Source: the human T2T-CHM13v2.0 reference genome, Homo sapiens
Length of the DNA stretch: 64,000 bases
Strand: one strand, 5' to 3'
Assembly (NCBI RefSeq): GCF_009914755.1
Contig: NC_060933.1
Shown: piece by piece, positions 21,675 to 40,770 of the stretch
Position numbering within the stretch: position 1 is the first letter of the stretch
How the letters are laid out: each line of letters opens with the position of its first letter
The notes under the pieces: generated by a model
What the model saw: only the letters and a program-made list of their open reading frames with translations
The model's database searches: none
Told to the model about the DNA's origin: nothing
Translations under genes and position numbers: made by a program

Positions 21675-22056
<382 letters not shown>

Positions 22057-22231
22057 TAATCTTTCTGATATGATGTCTTGGGTACCTGAGGCTCTGTTCT
22101 TCAGCTTGGATAATTCCCATTGATTTATCTTCAAATTCACTGACTTTTCTCCTTTTCGCTCATCTTCAATAAGTTCCCAGTACATTTTTTACTTCAGATA
22201 TTGTATTTTTCAGTTATACAACTTCTATTTC

Positions 22232-22549
<318 letters not shown>

Positions 22550-23028
22550 TATTTCCTACATTTTATTCATTATAAGTGTATTTTCCTTTATGATATGGAG
22601 CATAGTTAAAATAGCTGTCTTAAAACACTTTTCTGCTGATTCCAACATCTGGGTCATCTTAAGGGCATTCTCCATGAATTATTTTTTCTTCTAGAATGGG
22701 TCATGTTTTCTTTTTTCTTACGTACCAAGTAGCTTGGGATTATATCCTGGACTTTGTGAGTGATAAGCTGTAGAAACTTTGGATTCTAGTATGTGTCTCT
22801 TAAAAGTGCTGTTTTTGTTGTTTTGTATTTTTTTAAATAAACAATTGCCTTGGCTGAACCCAAACTGTAAATTCTGTCTCCTCTGTGGTGGGTGGCAGCT
22901 GAAATGTCAGCTCAGTTATTTTAGTCTTGGATGCATTGTTTGGAACCTGCCCAGTGGATGCTGGTTCAGGAGGCATCCAGAGACTTGGGCATAGTTTACA
23001 CATAGAATTTGGGGCTCCCCTTACCTAG

Positions 23029-23459
<431 letters not shown>

Positions 23460-24904
23460 TAGTAACTCCACAGAGGGCAGATTATGCTTTTCTTTTCTTT
23501 TGTGCAAAGAGCTGTTGAAATATGCAGATCACCCGGTGCCTCTCCCTTCTTTCAAATGTCTTTTCCCTTCAGTTTCTGCCTGCTTGTTGGTTGCTCTCTG
23601 TGGCTTTCAGATATTTGTTTACTATATTTTGCAAGAGTCTATGGTTGTCATCTGAGGCAGGATTGGTTTGATAGAGATTCAAACTACTCAGCTCTTGGCA
23701 AAAGTCGAACCTATTTTTACCTGCTTTTTATTCTCTTGGTTTTCAATCAAAGCTTGTCTTTTGTGGACCTGGTTTTTATTGATTGAGTGCTGGGCATTGT
23801 GTATGAAAAAATTATAGAAATAATTTGAAGCTGTGGATGATGTGATCTTTCTCCAGAGAGGATGTTCTTTTGCTTTTGGCAGACGGATAAGCTAGAGGCA
23901 GCTCATCTTATTCCAATTGGGGAGGAATTGAGATGATTCAAAGTTGGACTTCATCCTTGTGAGGGCTGATCTATTTCCAGGGTTCATTCAAAGGAAGCTG
24001 GGAATGTTTACCTGGTTCCCCATCTTTCACAGATCCTCAACTCCAATTTTTGTCCCCTAGCCTCTGAGACTGCTGAAATTTCTGCTCAGCTTCTTGGCCT
24101 CCAAACTGTTACTTCAATTTTTAAATTAGCAAGTCCCTTGAGTGGAAATTTGCTGCCAAATACTGGGCTCACCTATCTTATATTTTCTCCCACTCCAGAT
24201 CTTGGCCCTAAACTTACACTATCTTGGTAGCTCTCCAATGCCTTCAAACGTAGTTTTTAATCCAGATTTTCTGGTTGTTTTTTCTCAGTGGGAGGGCTGA
24301 TCCAAAACAAGCTATTCAGACTTTGCTGGATGTGGAATGCTACCACTCATTTCTAAATATTGCTATTTTCTCAACAGTTTCAGTTTAAAAAAATTTCTGG
24401 ACTAAGAGTTAATTTTGATGTTGTTTATTTCTACTTCCATCTCATCAAACTCAGAGGAAGTGACCTATATAATTTATGATATGTGTTAAGATTTATTTTA
24501 AGGGATAATACAGTCAGCATTTTGTTTCATGGATGGTTGAAAAGAGTATCTATTTTCTGTTTCATGGGTAGAAAATTACATCTATCATCTGTCTTATAAA
24601 TTAAACTTGTTTAGTGTGCCATTCAACTCCCTGTATCCTTATTTACTTATTTTCAATTTATTTATTTTTTATGTCATTTCTGAGAGAGGTGGATACTAAA
24701 ACATACCATCATTTTGGGGATTTATTTATTTCTCATTTCTTTTCAATCAGTATTTGCTTTGTGTATTTTTAAGTCATGGTAAAATTACATAATTCAGTTG
24801 TTTTATTTTTCTGGTGGTTTGTCATATTTTCTCCTTTAATAAGTTTTACCCAAATTAATTTTTCTACGTTTGTACAAATACTACCTTCTGATTGTTATCA
24901 TTTG

Positions 24905-25427
24905 TGTGGTAGAGTTTCCAAATATGGTTGCCAACAATTCTTCTTGTCCCTATAAGTGCATCTGCCTGCAGAAGTGGAGTCTAATTCCCTTGACCTGAAA
25001 TCCAGGCTGGCCTTGTGACTTGCTTTGGCTTACAGAATGTAGCAGAAGTGACACGGTGCCAATTCCTTGCCTAGCCCTTAAGCAGTTCCAGGAGCTTTCA
25101 ACATCGTGCTTTGGCAACACTACTGCCACGAAGTACAGACATTCACGCAAGACTGAGTGATGGGACATGGTGTGGAGAGAGCCTTCATATTGGAGCAGGT
25201 GCCAGATGTAAGTAAAGCTTCTTGGACCTTCCAGCCCAGCCACATACTGAATACAACCATGTGAGGGTCACCAGATGAGTCCACATGGAGCAGAAGGACA
25301 GCCCAGCCCAGCCCAGCCCTGACAGAAATCTTGACCCATACAGTACTGAGAAATAAGAAATCGTTACTGTTTTCCACTACTACGTGTTTGGGAGTTATTT
25401 GGTACTCAGCAATAAAGAGCTGAAACA
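24905..25427 (+). mobile_element. MaLR LTR (MLT1F/G-like), intact solo LTR
   Basis: TG...CA ends; GGCTGGCCTTGTGACTTGCTTTGG...AGAATGTAGCAGAAGTGAC; perfect 5-bp TSD ATTTG. Confidence 0.85.
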
Positions 25428-25527
25428 ATTTGTTTGGTATATTATCTCCCATTTATTCAAATCTTGAGACCATATTTTTATTAGGTTGTGTGTTTTCTCA
25501 TTATTAAACTTTGGGAGTTCCTTCTTA

Positions 25528-25934
<407 letters not shown>

Positions 25935-26371
25935 CAATAGTGTCTTTAAAAAAGGAGGAGTTCTTAATTTTGGTGAAGTTCAATTTTTCGTTTTTTGTTT
26001 CTCTCATGGATCATGCTTTTGGTGTCATAGCTGAGAGAACTTTGCTCATCCAAGGTAACAAAGATTTCTGCATAGTTTTCTTCTAGAAGTTTTATAGTAT
26101 TAGGTTTTACACTTACACCTATGATTCATTTTGAGTATGGTGAACAGTATGGATGGAGGTTCATTTTTTTCCATATGGATATGCAATTGTTTCAGTACTG
26201 TTTATTGAAAAGACTATCCTTTCTGAGTTTAACTGCCTTGCATATTTGTTGAAAATCAACTGACCATGTATAGGTAGGTCTATTTCAGAACTCTACTCTG
26301 TTCCATTGCTCTTTGTATCTATCATTCCTCTAACACCAACTGTTTTGACTACCGGAGTTTTATAATGAATC

Positions 26372-26478
26372 TTTTTTAAAAAATAATTTCAACTTTTATT
26401 TTAGATTCAGGGGTACTTGTGTTAGTTTGTTACCCGAATATATTGCATGATGCTGAGGTTTGGGATATGACTGATCCC
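26372..26478 (-). mobile_element. Very short L1PB-like 3' end
   Basis: TTTCAACTTTTATTTTAGATTCAGGGGTAC...ATGATGCTGAGGTTTGGG. Confidence 0.75.
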
Positions 26479-27562
26479 AAGTCTTGAAACCAGGTAATAT
26501 GAGTCTTTCAATTTTACTTTTTTTTCCAAAATTACTTTGGGTATCCAAGTTCTGTTGCCTTTCCACTTAACATTTTCAATCAGCTCATTCTGTTGAGATT
26601 TCAGTTAGAATAGTGTTGAGTCTATAGATCAGTTTAAGGAGAATTGACATCTTAAATATATTGAATTTTTCAATATATGAATAATGTATACCTCTCCATT
26701 TATACACGTTTTCTTTGATTTCTTTCATCAGTGTTCTGTAGTTTTCAGAACACATATCTTGCACATATTTTGTTAGATTTATACCAAAGCATTTTACGTT
26801 TGCCGATGCCATTGTAATTGGTACATTTTATTTTGATTTACAATTGTTCATTGCTATTATACTGAAACACAATTGATTTTAATGTATTACATTGTATCCT
26901 GAAAACTTCATAACTTCATTCACTTTAGTTCTTGTATCTTTTGTTAGATTCTTTGAGATTTTTCTGCTAGACAATCATGTCCTCTCTGAATGGAGTTGTA
27001 TTTCTTACTTTCCAAACTGTGTGTCTTTTATTTCTCTTTCTTGCCTCATTGCACCGTCTGGGACTTCACAAACAACATTGAATAGGAGCAGCAGTAGTTG
27101 ACATCCTTGCCTTGTAGGGGGGCAGTGGTTGACATCCTTGCCTTGTTCTTCACCTTAGCCTGGAAGTATTCAGTCTTTCGCCATTAAATACAATGTTACT
27201 TGTAAGAGCCTTATTGATGCCGTTTGCCAGGTTGAGGAACTTCTGTTAGTTTGCTGAGAGATTTTTTAATCCTAAATAGATGCTGAATTTTATTTCAAAA
27301 AATTTATTCATATAATGAAATCATCGTGTTTTTTTCTTCCTTTGTCTTTTAATTTAGTAAATTAAATTGATTGCTTTATAAATGTTAAACTGACCTTGTG
27401 TTTCCATGAGAAATCCCACTAAGCCACACTTCTGTTTATATATTGTTGGATTTGATTTTCTAGTATTTCATGGAAGATTTTTGCAGCTATGTTCATGAAC
27501 GATATTAGTTTGAAGTTTTCCTTGCTGTCTTCACAAAATGAGTTGGAAACTGGTCCCTATTC

Positions 27563-28643
27563 CTTTTTTTTTTTTTTTAACTTTTATTTTAGGTTTAGGG
27601 GTACATGTTATATAGGTGTCACAGGGGGTTTGTTGTACAGATTATTTGTCACCCAGATACTAAGCCTAGTACCCGGTAGTTATTTTTTCTGCTCCTCTCC
27701 CTCCTCCTACCCTCCACCCTTAAGTAGACCGCAGTGTGTGTTGTTCCCTTGTGTTCATGAGTTCTCGTCATTTAGCTCCCACTTATAAGTGAGAACACGC
27801 TGTATTGGTTTTCTGTTCCTGTGTTAGTTTGCTAAGGATCATGGTCTCCAACTCCATCCATATTCCCACAAAAGACAGATCCTGTTATTTTTTAATGGCT
27901 GCATAGTATTCCATGTTGCCTATGTACCACATTTTCTTTCTCCAGTCTGTCATTGATGGGCATTTAGGTTGATTTCATGCCTTTGCTATTGTGAACGGTG
28001 TTGCAATGAACATTCATGTGCGTGTCTTTATGGTAGAATGACTTATATCTCTGGGTATATACCCAGTAATGTGATTGCTCGGTTGAATGGTAGTTCTGTT
28101 TTTAGGTCTTTGAGGAATTGCCACACTGCTTTCCACAATGGTTGAACTAATTTACACTCCCACCAACAGTGTATAAGCGTTCCCTTTTCTCCACAACCTC
28201 ACCAGCATGTTATTTTTTGACTTTTTAATAATAGTCACTCTGACTGGTGTGAGATGGTGTCTCACTGTTGTTTTGATTTGCATTTCTCTAATGTCAGTGA
28301 TATTTAGCTTTTTTCATATTCTTGTTGACTACATGTATGTCTTCTTTAGAAAGGTGTCTATTCATGTTCTTTGCCCACTTTTTAATGTTTTCTTTTTCTT
28401 GTAAATTTGTTTAAGTTCCTTACAGATGCTGGATATTAGAACTTTGTCAGATGCTTAGTTTGCAAATATTTTCTCCTATTCTGTACACTGTCTGTTTACT
28501 CTGTTGATAGTTTATTTTGATGTGCAGAAGCTTTTACATTTAACTGGATCCCATTTGTCAGTTTTTGCTTTTGTTGCGATTGCTTTTGGCATCTTTGTCA
28601 TGAAATCTTTGTCTCTTTCTATGTCCAAGATGGTATTGCCTAG
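27563..28643 (-). mobile_element. 5'-truncated primate L1 (older L1PA/L1PREC-like), ~1.1 kb
   Basis: Poly-T then AACTTTTATTTTAGGTTTAGGGGTACATG, CCCACTTATAAGTGAGAAC, GGTTGAACTAATTTACACTCCCACCAACAGTGT; degenerate TSD GGTCCCTATTC/GGCCCATATTC. Confidence 0.88.
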
Positions 28644-30571
28644 GCCCATATTCTTATATATTACGGAAAAGTTTGCATATAATTGGTGTTAGTTCTTCCT
28701 TAAATATTAGATATAATTCTCCAATAAAGCCAACTGGGCTTGAAGTTATCTTTGCTGTAAGTTTTAACATTGTAACTATGAATTCGATTTTCTTAATAGA
28801 TATCGGACTAATCAGGTTATTTATTTCTTCTTTAGTGAGCTTTGATAGTTGATACCTTTCCTTTCAAGGAATTTGTCCATTTTATCTAAGTGGTTAAATT
28901 TATGAAGATATAATTTTTTGTCAAATTATCTTATTTCTTTAATGTCTGTAGCATCTAAAGTCATATCCTAGCTTTCCTTTCTAATATTTGTAACCTATAT
29001 TTTCTCTCCCTTTATTCTTGGCCAGGTTGATTAGAGATCTATGAATGCTGGTAATGTTTTCAATGACAAGCTAATAGTTTCATTTGATTACTTTTCTACT
29101 CTCAATTTCATTGATTTCTGCTCATATCTTTATCATTTCTTTTCTTCTATTTGATTTGTGTTTAATTTGATTGTCTTTCTGGTTTATTGACTTAGGAACT
29201 TAGATAATTGATTTGAAACTTTATTCTTTTCTGATATAAATATTTGATGCTATACATTTTCTCTAAATACTGCTTTAGCTGTATCCAATAAATTTTGATA
29301 TATTGTATTTTCATTTTCATTTTGTTATGTTGTATTTTCATTTTTATTCACTTTAAAATATTTTCTTATTGCCCTTGTGACTTATACTTTGACCCAGGGG
29401 TCATCTATAAATGTATGGTTTCATTTCCAACCATTTTCCAATTATCTTTCTGTTACTGATCTTTTCTTTTTTGTATTTTATTTTATTTTTTTGTAGCCTA
29501 TTATTGATCTTCAGTTCGATTCCATTATGTATGATAACATATTTTGTGTAAATTCAATTATTTTAAATTTGTTTTTATTTTTTGGCCCAGAATATGGTCT
29601 ATCTCGATTAATGTTTCATGTGCACCTGAACAGAATATATATTCTTCTGTTGCTGGGCAGGGTATTCTTTAAAATTGAATTAGGTGAAGTTTCACGACAT
29701 TTTGTCTATAATTTTTCTGGTTTTTGCCTACTTATTATTTTTATTACTAGAGGAAAATGTTGAAATCTCCATGTATAATTGTGGACTTGTCCATTTCTCC
29801 TCTCAATTCTATCAAATTTTGCTTCATGTATTTTTGAACCTCTGTTGTTACGTGTTGTTATGTCTTCTTGGTGAATTGACTTCTTTACTGTTATGTAATT
29901 TCCTTCTTTATCCACAGCAATACTCCTTGTTCTGATGTCTATTGTGTCTGATATTAATATAGCCACTCTAATTTTCTTTTAATTAGTGTTTGGAAGGTCT
30001 ATCTTTTCTAACTCTTATTTTTACCCTGTCTATGCTTTTATATTTAAAGTGGGTTTCTTGTAGACAGAATATAGTTGGGTCTTGCTATTTTTTTAAATCC
30101 AACCTGACAATATTTTTCTTTATTTGGTGTATTTAGACTCTGTGCCTTAATAAAATCATTGAAATGGCCAAAGTAAAATATAGCATTTTGCTTGCTGTTT
30201 TTTATTCGTTCCATCTGTTCTGTTTCTTTTTTCCCCCTTCTTTTGGGTTGATTTTTTTTATGATGCTCACTAGTGGCTTATTATTTATACAGCTTTAAAA
30301 ATATGTTGGTAGTTGCCCTATGGTTTATAATACACACATATTATTGATATCAATCTACTTTCAAATAATATTATACTGTTTCATGTGTAGTGTAAGGAAC
30401 ATACAATGGTATACTTCTGATTTCTCTCTCCTATCCTTTGTGCTATTTTAACATACATTTTACTTTTACATATACTATAAACCCATAATACATTGAATTT
30501 TATATTTAATTTAATTTAGGCTATTTCCATCACTTCATTTCTTAGTACAGATCCAAGCTGCTATCTGGTAT

Positions 30572-31303
<732 letters not shown>

Positions 31304-33717
31304 GATATCTTACTCCTTCTACCTAAAAAAGTTCTTTTAACATGTGTTCAGTGAAGATCTGCCAGTAATAAATATTCTCAGTCTTTGTCTAAAAAGTTCT
31401 CATTTCTCCTAAGTTTTTTGAAAGATATTCTTACTAGGTAGAAAATTTTAGATTGACAGGTATGTTATCTTTCAATACTTTAATGATGTTACTCTAAGAA
31501 CTTCTGAACTTGTGTAGTTTCTGCTGAGAGATCTGCTGTAGTTCCCATCCTCGTACTTTTGAATGTAATGTGCCTTTTATTTCTGGCTGCCTGTAAGATT
31601 CAAGGTTTTCTCATAAATTTTCAGGGGTTTGAATATGATGTAATTCTTTCTTTAAAAAATTATCCTCCTTGGCATTCTCTGAGCTTCCTGGATCTGTGAT
31701 TTGTTATTTGTTGTCTTTCATTAATTTTAGGGAAATTCTCAGCCATTATCTCTTTAAATATTTCTTCTGACCTGTTTCCTCTCTCTCTCTTCTACTTCTG
31801 GGATTCCAATTATAGGCATATTAGACCGTTTGACATTGTCCCACATCTGTAGGTATTAACTTAGTCCTTTTACCACTTCCTAGATGATGCAGTTTCCTGA
31901 AGTAAATAATTTAACTCCATTTACCTCCTTGTGATCTTTATGATATTGTTATCATATATTTTATTTTCATCTATGTATAAACTTCACAACACATTTGTAT
32001 CATTGTTAGAAACAGTTTAAAAATATTTGCCCTGGTATTTGTCTATTTTTCTTCATTCTTTCCTGAAGTTCCGTACATCTCTCTGGACTCAGTTTCCTAA
32101 TCTGAAGAAGACTTCTTTACTCTGTGAAGCTTCCGGCAATAAATTTTTCAACCTTTGTTTATTTGAAATATTATTGTTTCACCTTCAGTATTTTTTTTCA
32201 AATTTTTGGAGAAACATTAAGAAGACATCACCTTCAGTTTTGAAGAGTATTTTGTTGTGTGTAGCATTCTAAGTTGCCAGAATTTTCCCTTTTATACTTT
32301 AACAATTTCGTTATGCTGTGTTCTGTCTTCTGTGATTTTCACTGAAAAGTTAGCTTTACATCTTACTGTCTTTGAAGATGGGTAATGTGTCTTTTTCCTC
32401 CCTGTGTCTCTTTCTATTTTAAAATAATCTCTATCTTTTGTTTTCAACAATTTATCTATAATGCCCTTTCATGTGGTTTTCCTTATTTTTAACCTCCTGG
32501 GTTTGCTGAACTTCCTGTATTTTTTGCAGTTTACTCCCATTTTGCAGTTTTGAAAAATTCTCAGTCATTATCTCTTCAAATGTTTTTCTACTCCATTTTC
32601 TTTCTTCTCTATTCCTGGAACTATAATTATACAGTGATAATAGAGGAAAGAGAGGAAGGCTTTTTTTTTTTTCACTGTGTCACCTATGTCTTCTTTCTAT
32701 ATTTTCCATTCATTTGCCTTCTTCCATGTTTCTGACCTATCTAAATATTTTCTTTGGATCTATTTCCCTCTTCACTAATTACCTTTTCAGCTGTATCTAA
32801 ACTACTGTTAAGCTCATTTAATGAGTTTTTTAGTTTTGATATTCTTATTTTCACTTGATTATGCTTGTACATTTCAAATATCTGTTAATATTCTCCATCT
32901 TTGCATTCATTTTGTCCATCTTTTCCACAATTTTATTTAACACACTAATTGTAGTTATTTTAAAGCCCTTGTCTAGTAACTCCTTTATCTAGTTTATCTA
33001 TGGCTTTGCTTCTATTGTTTTTTTCTTCTATTGATTATTTGGTCACATTTTCCTGTCACTGTACATATCTAACAATTTAAAAAATTATGCCACACATTGT
33101 GCATAAAAGAATCATAGAGGCTCCAGATTTCCCCATTCCTCTGTTAAGCAGATAGGATGGGGAAGCTGCTCACCTCAGTACAATCAGGAATCGAGGTGGG
33201 TCAAGACCTAGTTGCACTTTTAGTAAGTCTCAGACTATCTCTGATTCACTCCTGTTCTTTGGGTCTGGTTCTCCTGGGCTTCTGATTGAGAGGTTGGAAG
33301 ATCTCTATCTTGTCCACTCTAAATGACGGTGAGAGATTCAGATCCTCCCTTTGGAGGTTTGAGCTTAGTTCTTTAGTCTCTTGATGGGAGGGATCCCCTG
33401 TGTCGGTGGCAGTCCCCTCCCTCTGTTGGGATTCAGCACAGTGAAACCACAGGAGATTTCACTCCACTTTCCAGAAGTTTTTGGCCCAGCCACTCAGCCT
33501 CCACGCAGACCCAAAACTCAAATAGTGCTCTGCGAGGAACACCAGCCGCACATTGGGAGTTCCTTTAGTTTTCACCCATCACGTGGGCATTGTAAGAAAG
33601 CCACCAAAAGCTTTTTTGGCTTCTCTTTCCTTCAGCACAGCCTCTCAGCCTGAGTCAAGCGAGATCTGCAGTCCAAGCCTAGAAGTGGGAAACGCTACCA
33701 GAGAGGAAAACAGCTAC

Positions 33718-34412
33718 TGTAACCCCCCAAGGGGCTCACCTTGCCTGCTGCCTAGACAGAGCAGATTTAGCAAGACAGGGGAATTGCAATAGAGAGTAAT
33801 TCACGCACAGCCGGCTGTGCAGGAGATTGGATTTTTATTACTACTTAAATTAGCCTCCCTGAGAAGTTGGGGAGCAGGGTTTTTAATGACAACTTGGTGG
33901 GTGGGGGGAAGCCAGTGAGCCGGGAGTGCTGATTGGTCAGCGATGAAATCACCGGAAGTAGAAGCTGCCTTCTTGTGCTGAGTGGGTCCCTGGGTGGGGG
34001 TCAAGAGATCAGATGAGCCAGTTTATTGATCCGAATGGTGCCAGCTGATCCATCAAGTGCAGGGTCTGCAAAATATCTCAAACACTGATCTTAGGGGCAG
34101 TTTAGGGAGGGTCAGAATCTTGAAGCCTCCAGCTGCGTGACTCCTCAACCATAATTTCTAATCTTGTGGCCGATGTTAGTCCTACAAGGGCAATCTAGTC
34201 CCCAGGCAAGAAGGAGGTCTTCTTTGGGAAAGGGCTGTTTTAAACTTTAAACTTTGTTTTAAACTATAAAGTTTAAACTAAGTTTCTCCCAAAGTTAGTT
34301 CAGCCTAGGCCCAGGAATGAACAAGGACAGCTTGGAGGTTAGAAGCAACAGGGAGTCGATTAAGTTAGATCTCTTTCACTTTCTCAGTCATAATTTTGCA
34401 AAGGCGGTCTCA
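33718..34412 (-). mobile_element. LTR8 solo LTR, uninterrupted
   Basis: TGTAACC...CAGTCATAATTTTGCAAAGGCGGTCTCA; reverse-complement homolog of 5441-6475. Confidence 0.9.
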
Positions 34413-34967
34413 TCATGATCCCCAACTTACCTAGGGAGAATTCTTCCCTCTCTGGATTTTAGTTCATCTTGACCTCCTTACCATAGCTCAGTGATGCCTC
34501 TAATGACTTTGCAATTTACTTCCTTTTTACCTAATTAATGAAGTGAGAGGATTGGCCAGCCATAACCTACCATATCCTACCGAGAAACAGAAATCTCCTT
34601 CCAATAAATGTTTAAGACTATTTAAACTTGCATTTTTCTATGTATGTCTAGAGTTCCTCCGTGTTTCTGTCCTCTCCTTGAAGAAGTTAGTGACACTTTC
34701 ACTCCCCATCCTTACTCCTGAATACATTCCGCATTGAAATCATGTGGGTTTTTTTTCCTACATTGCTATTGTCATCATTGCTATTGCTGCGCTAGCTGTT
34801 GCTGCTATTATGTTATGCAAATATTAGACTTAGCTACAAAGTTTTACTTTTTTTTAAATCACTGTTTCCTGTACTCTATGTCTTTTTTGGCCTTGTATTC
34901 ACTTTCTTTTTCTTGAATACATTCTCGAGCAGTTCCTTTAGAGTCTGTGAGTAATAAATTTGTTTAG

Positions 34968-35327
<360 letters not shown>

Positions 35328-35926
35328 TAGTTAGGATAGGTATATGATCTTAGGATCAAAATCATTTCCTAGAGAATTTGAATCTCTTTTTCCATTGCCT
35401 TCCAATGTTGTTAAAGAGAAGTCACTTGCCCATCTAATTCTTATTTCTCTGAGAATAAGTAATCTCGCGCTCTTTCTCTCTCAAGAATTTTCTCACTGAA
35501 ATTTTCCCCATGTCTAGGAATCCCTGTACCTCTGACCCCTGCCCCCCAAAATTCTCTTACTTAGCACCTGATTGATCCTCTCAATCTACAGATTCTTGTA
35601 TTTGTTCACTTTGAGGAAATGTCCTCTACTGATTGATTATCTTTTCTCCATTTTCTCCTTATGGGAACTTCTACTAAGTACTAGATAAATATTGAAACTT
35701 CTGTGTGTAGTCTCTATGCCATTTAATTGTGTGGGGTTTTTGCACTACAGTCTGAGAGAAACCCTCAGCTTATTTTAAATTAATTCATTCTTTCAAGAGC
35801 TGTTTTGAAATATGTCCACAATTCAGAAAAATATAAAGAATAAGTAATATAATAAACAGACTAGTACATATCACCCAACCACCCAACCTTGTCAGATTGT
35901 AACATTTCCCCATATTTGATTCCTAT

Positions 35927-36261
35927 CTTTATTTTATTTTATTTTGTGTGTAGTGTGTGTGTGTGTCTGTGTGTGTGTTTTGAGACAGAGTCTCGCTCTG
36001 TCACCAGGCTGGAGTGCAGTGGTGCAATCTTGGCTCACTACAACCTCAACCTATTAGGTTAAAGTGATTCTCCTGCCTCAGCCTCCCGAGTAGCTGGGAC
36101 TACAGGCACATGCCACCATGCCCGGCCAATTTTTGTATTTTTTATTAGAGACGGGGTTTCACCATGTTGGCCAGGCTGGTCTTGAACTCCTGACCTCGTG
36201 TTCTGCCTGCCTCAGCCTCCCAAAGCGCTGGGATTACAGGCGTGAGCCATCATGCCCGACC
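35927..36261 (-). mobile_element. Alu (AluSc/Sg-like) with a (TG)n microsatellite in the tail
   Basis: Dimer; imperfect (TG)n at 35945-35978. Confidence 0.93.
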
Positions 36262-36359
36262 TGGTCTTTGTGATTTCTAATTACCTTTTTTATCATATGG
36301 TACACTTAAAATAAGTGAGTCTATCATTGTATAGGATAGGACGCACTTATTACAAATTA

Positions 36360-37530
<1,171 letters not shown>

Positions 37531-37536
37531 ATATGC

Positions 37537-37955
<419 letters not shown>

Positions 37956-38020
37956 CCATATATGTTTTTTAATGTAAATTTAATTGAAGTATAATCATCC
38001 AAGTTATACTGACTGCATCA

Positions 38021-38378
<358 letters not shown>

Positions 38379-38829
38379 CTAGGCATCATATTTTAAAAAT
38401 GTATCCCTGTGGATACATGTTGCTCTAGGTAATTCATTTTACCTGTTGTATAGGATTCTGTAATGGCATCAAAACATGATTTATTTATCCGTTCTCTGTT
38501 GAATGATAGGTTGCTTCCAATTTTTTGCTATTTCAAACAGTTCTGCAGTGAACACTTTTATACATATTTCCGTATACACATAAGAGCTTCTCTAAGCAAA
38601 CACCTAGAAGAGGCATAGGGGCTGCATATCTTTAAATTGATTCCAATTTTCTCTTTAGCTGTATTTATGCTACTATTCAGCCATCCTACTGAGTTTTAAA
38701 TTTGAACAATTATTTTAAATTTCCAAGATCTTTTAGTGATTTATTTTAGTAACAGCCTGTCCTCAATTCATGAATATGTTATCTTCTCCCATCTCCCTCG
38801 GGATAGTAACTGCACACTTTAAGGTCTTC

Positions 38830-39189
<360 letters not shown>

Positions 39190-39413
39190 TTAAGTCTGAT
39201 GCTCTCTTGCGGGGTCGACTTTGCTCAAATACTTGGGCATTCTTGGTTTTCTGCTCACCTTTGCTTTGGGAATTCTGATCTGCCTGCCTCTGAAAGACGG
39301 TGTTGACCACAAGGGTTTTCCTCTGATACTCACCATGAAGGCATGCTACTAGTGGTCTGTCACGGAAGTTGACGTTTTTCCCATTTCCTAGGGTGCGACT
39401 AGATACTCTAGGG

Positions 39414-39753
39414 CAGTGGTCCCCAACCCCCAGGCCAAGGGACCCGTACTGGTTTGTGGCCTGTCCTACCTGGCCCGCACAGCGGGAGGTGAGTGGCGGG
39501 CGAGCAAGCATTACCACCTGAGCTCCACCTCCTGTTAGGTCAGCGGTGGCATTAGATTCCCATAAGAGCACAAACCCTATTGTGAACTGAGCATGCAAGG
39601 ATGTAGGTTGCATGCTCCTTATGAGAATCTAATGCCTGATAATCTGAGGTGGAACAGTTTCACCCCAAAACCATTCCGTCCCCCGACCCGCTCCGTGGAA
39701 AAGCTGTCTTCCATGAAACCGGTCCCTGGTGTCAAAAAGATTCGGGGTGGCTG
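39414..39753. mobile_element. MER1B (hAT-Charlie MITE)
   Basis: 340 bp; TIR CAGTGGTCCCCAACC with a decayed partner ending GGCTG; 8-bp TSD CTCTAGGG/CTTTAGGG. Confidence 0.9.
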
Positions 39754-40128
39754 CTTTAGGGCATGTTCTGACTCTGAGACCTAAATATTCCCTCGCACAC
39801 CTCTGGCTTGTGGGCAAACTCCACTGCTGCTGGGTGTTCAGCATGAGTGATGGGTGGGGTGGGGGTGCTGGGGGCAGTTGGGCAGTGAGGGGCTGGCCAG
39901 CTTGGCTGCTCTAAACCCCTCAACTGCTAACTCTCATGACCGCCCCAGGCTGTCTCGCTGGTCTGAGTATTCCTGGGTTCTGTTGACTGAGCTTGGAGCA
40001 CTCCTGGAGCCAGCCCTGACTTGCACAGTGGATCTCTCCTCCTGTGGCAGAGACACTGTGAGTCCCTCTGTCAATCCAAGCCTATCTACTTTCCATCTTT
40101 CAGGAACTCCAAAGTTATGGTCCACTGA

Positions 40129-40569
<441 letters not shown>

Positions 40570-40599
40570 CTTATCTTCCTTAAATTCAGTCTTCATTGG

Positions 40600-40770
40600 A
40601 TGTCTCTGACCGTGGGTCTCTCGGTTTCTCTCTTTCTGTGTGTGTCTCTCTGGGTCTCTGTCTCTGGCTGTTCTATTTCCATGTCTCTCTGTGGCTCCAT
40701 CTCAGTTCTGATGATCTCTACTCACGCTTCTCTCCCTCTTCCTGGTCCTCTGAGTCCCTCTGCCTCATCA
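40600..40770. repeat. CT/GT-rich low-complexity tract
   Basis: Degenerate TCTCTG-type units. Confidence 0.6.
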
